From contig CM035350.1 of assembly GCA_020137815.1 (NCBI GenBank), positions 1,302,001 through 1,366,000 on the forward strand: a stretch of 64,000 nucleotides of DNA. Direction: 5' to 3'. A program made the position numbers and the translations under genes. The notes beneath the pieces were generated by a model. That model searched no databases. It had not been told where the DNA came from and worked only from the letters and a program-made list of their open reading frames with translations. The stretch comes from Hormiphora californensis. Taxonomy: Eukaryota > Animalia > Ctenophora. Below are positions 63,119-64,000 of the stretch, in pieces. Positions within the stretch are counted from its first letter, which is position 1. Every line of letters starts with the position of its first letter.

Positions 63119-64000
63119 ATGGTAAGTTACTCTATTCTATTAGTTCCCTTAGTTTCCTGCCTTTTTGTTGCCTAGCTAGACTGTGTTTCGTGCGCCCCTT
63201 TTTGTTGTGAGGAAGTTTAGTTTTCTCCTTCCGACTGGACAAAATGAGTAGACGGGGTAGAAGAACGAATGCAACAATTTCTACAATTACTGCGTTCTTC
63301 TACAATAAAACCCCCGTCTACTCATTTTGTCCAGCCGGAAGGAGAAAACTAAACTTCTTGATATAATGCGGCTAATAAACAATCGACCGATCCTTATTCT
63401 CCTTTTTGTTGTTATTCAACGTACTATTTTCTCCCAGGTTACTAGTGGTACAATTGGCGGCGATAGCAACTTCGACGCCGAGGTTGACGCTTGCAAACTC
63501 CGAATAGCCCTTAGAGAGGCAATTGGTAGGTATGGGCGGGGCTCCACATTTTTCTCATTCTCTCTTTTTTTTCTTTCTCACTCTTCCATTTTCAATTTCT
63601 CTCGCTCTCTCCGTTGTATAACTAACACCTGCCAGTTTGAATGTTACACCATTGTTTCAGAGAAGGATGTGGGTGTAGAAAATGCGCTTGCACAACTTCT
63701 CGTGACAAGGACCAACTGTCAGAGACAGGAGATCGAGGCTAAATATAAGGAATTATTTAATCTTGTAAGTAGAACGTGCACGCTTCATAATATTCTACTC
63801 TGGTCGGTTGAGAGGTATTCGCTTGTTGTCCTGACCTGAACCATATTTGGCTGACAAGAAACGTCAAGTTGTAACCTGGCCGGTATTCCTGCACTGAATC
63901 CTAAACCATATAACATTCCCTCAGGGTTTATGTGAGCATGTTGAAGAGGTTGTTCAGAAGGGAAACTTCCTCGACTCAGTTAAGGCACTCTTGTTAAAAC
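63119..64000 (+). CDS. Divergent annexin, repeat 1 (runs off window; start exon ATG|GTAAGT tentative)
   Basis: Exons 63438-63525, 63661-63764, 63925-64000: GTI..NFDAEVDACKLRIAL..LLVTRTNCQRQEIEAKYKELF..GNFLDSVKALL matches annexin repeat 1. Confidence 0.82.

Overview
Compact, intron-rich animal genomic DNA with short GT-AG introns, long (GA/CT)n microsatellites, nested genes and many non-autonomous DNA transposons. The style suggests a non-bilaterian, most likely a ctenophore (inference only). Genes in order: three tandem paralogues of an unrecognised secreted 16-Cys helical protein (0.5-8.7 kb); a 4-exon hypothetical gene; a 468-aa putative transcription factor with a WRKY/GCM1-like Cys/His domain; a SPMIP2/C4orf45 (DUF4562) homologue with an intronless GPCR inside its last intron; a CHST-type sulfotransferase; a minus-strand Pro/Ser-rich gene with a C-terminal ubiquitin-like domain, hosting two antisense GPCR paralogues; two small multi-TM genes; and the start of a divergent annexin. 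Mobile DNA includes two 5'-truncated CRE-like non-LTR retrotransposons with candidate TSDs, a five-element nested transposon complex (21.2-26.9 kb), a dense MITE/foldback zone (32-37.6 kb) and a TA-flanked MITE family. Most notable signals: the orphan secreted-protein cluster with exon-restricted nucleotide identity; intronic minisatellites built from 3' splice sites; acceptor AGs 6-8 nt before many start codons (possible SL trans-splicing); and the orphan zinc-finger TF. Several single-base indels and noisy tracts suggest assembly errors. Gene models were spliced by hand and family calls rest on recalled motifs, not database searches.
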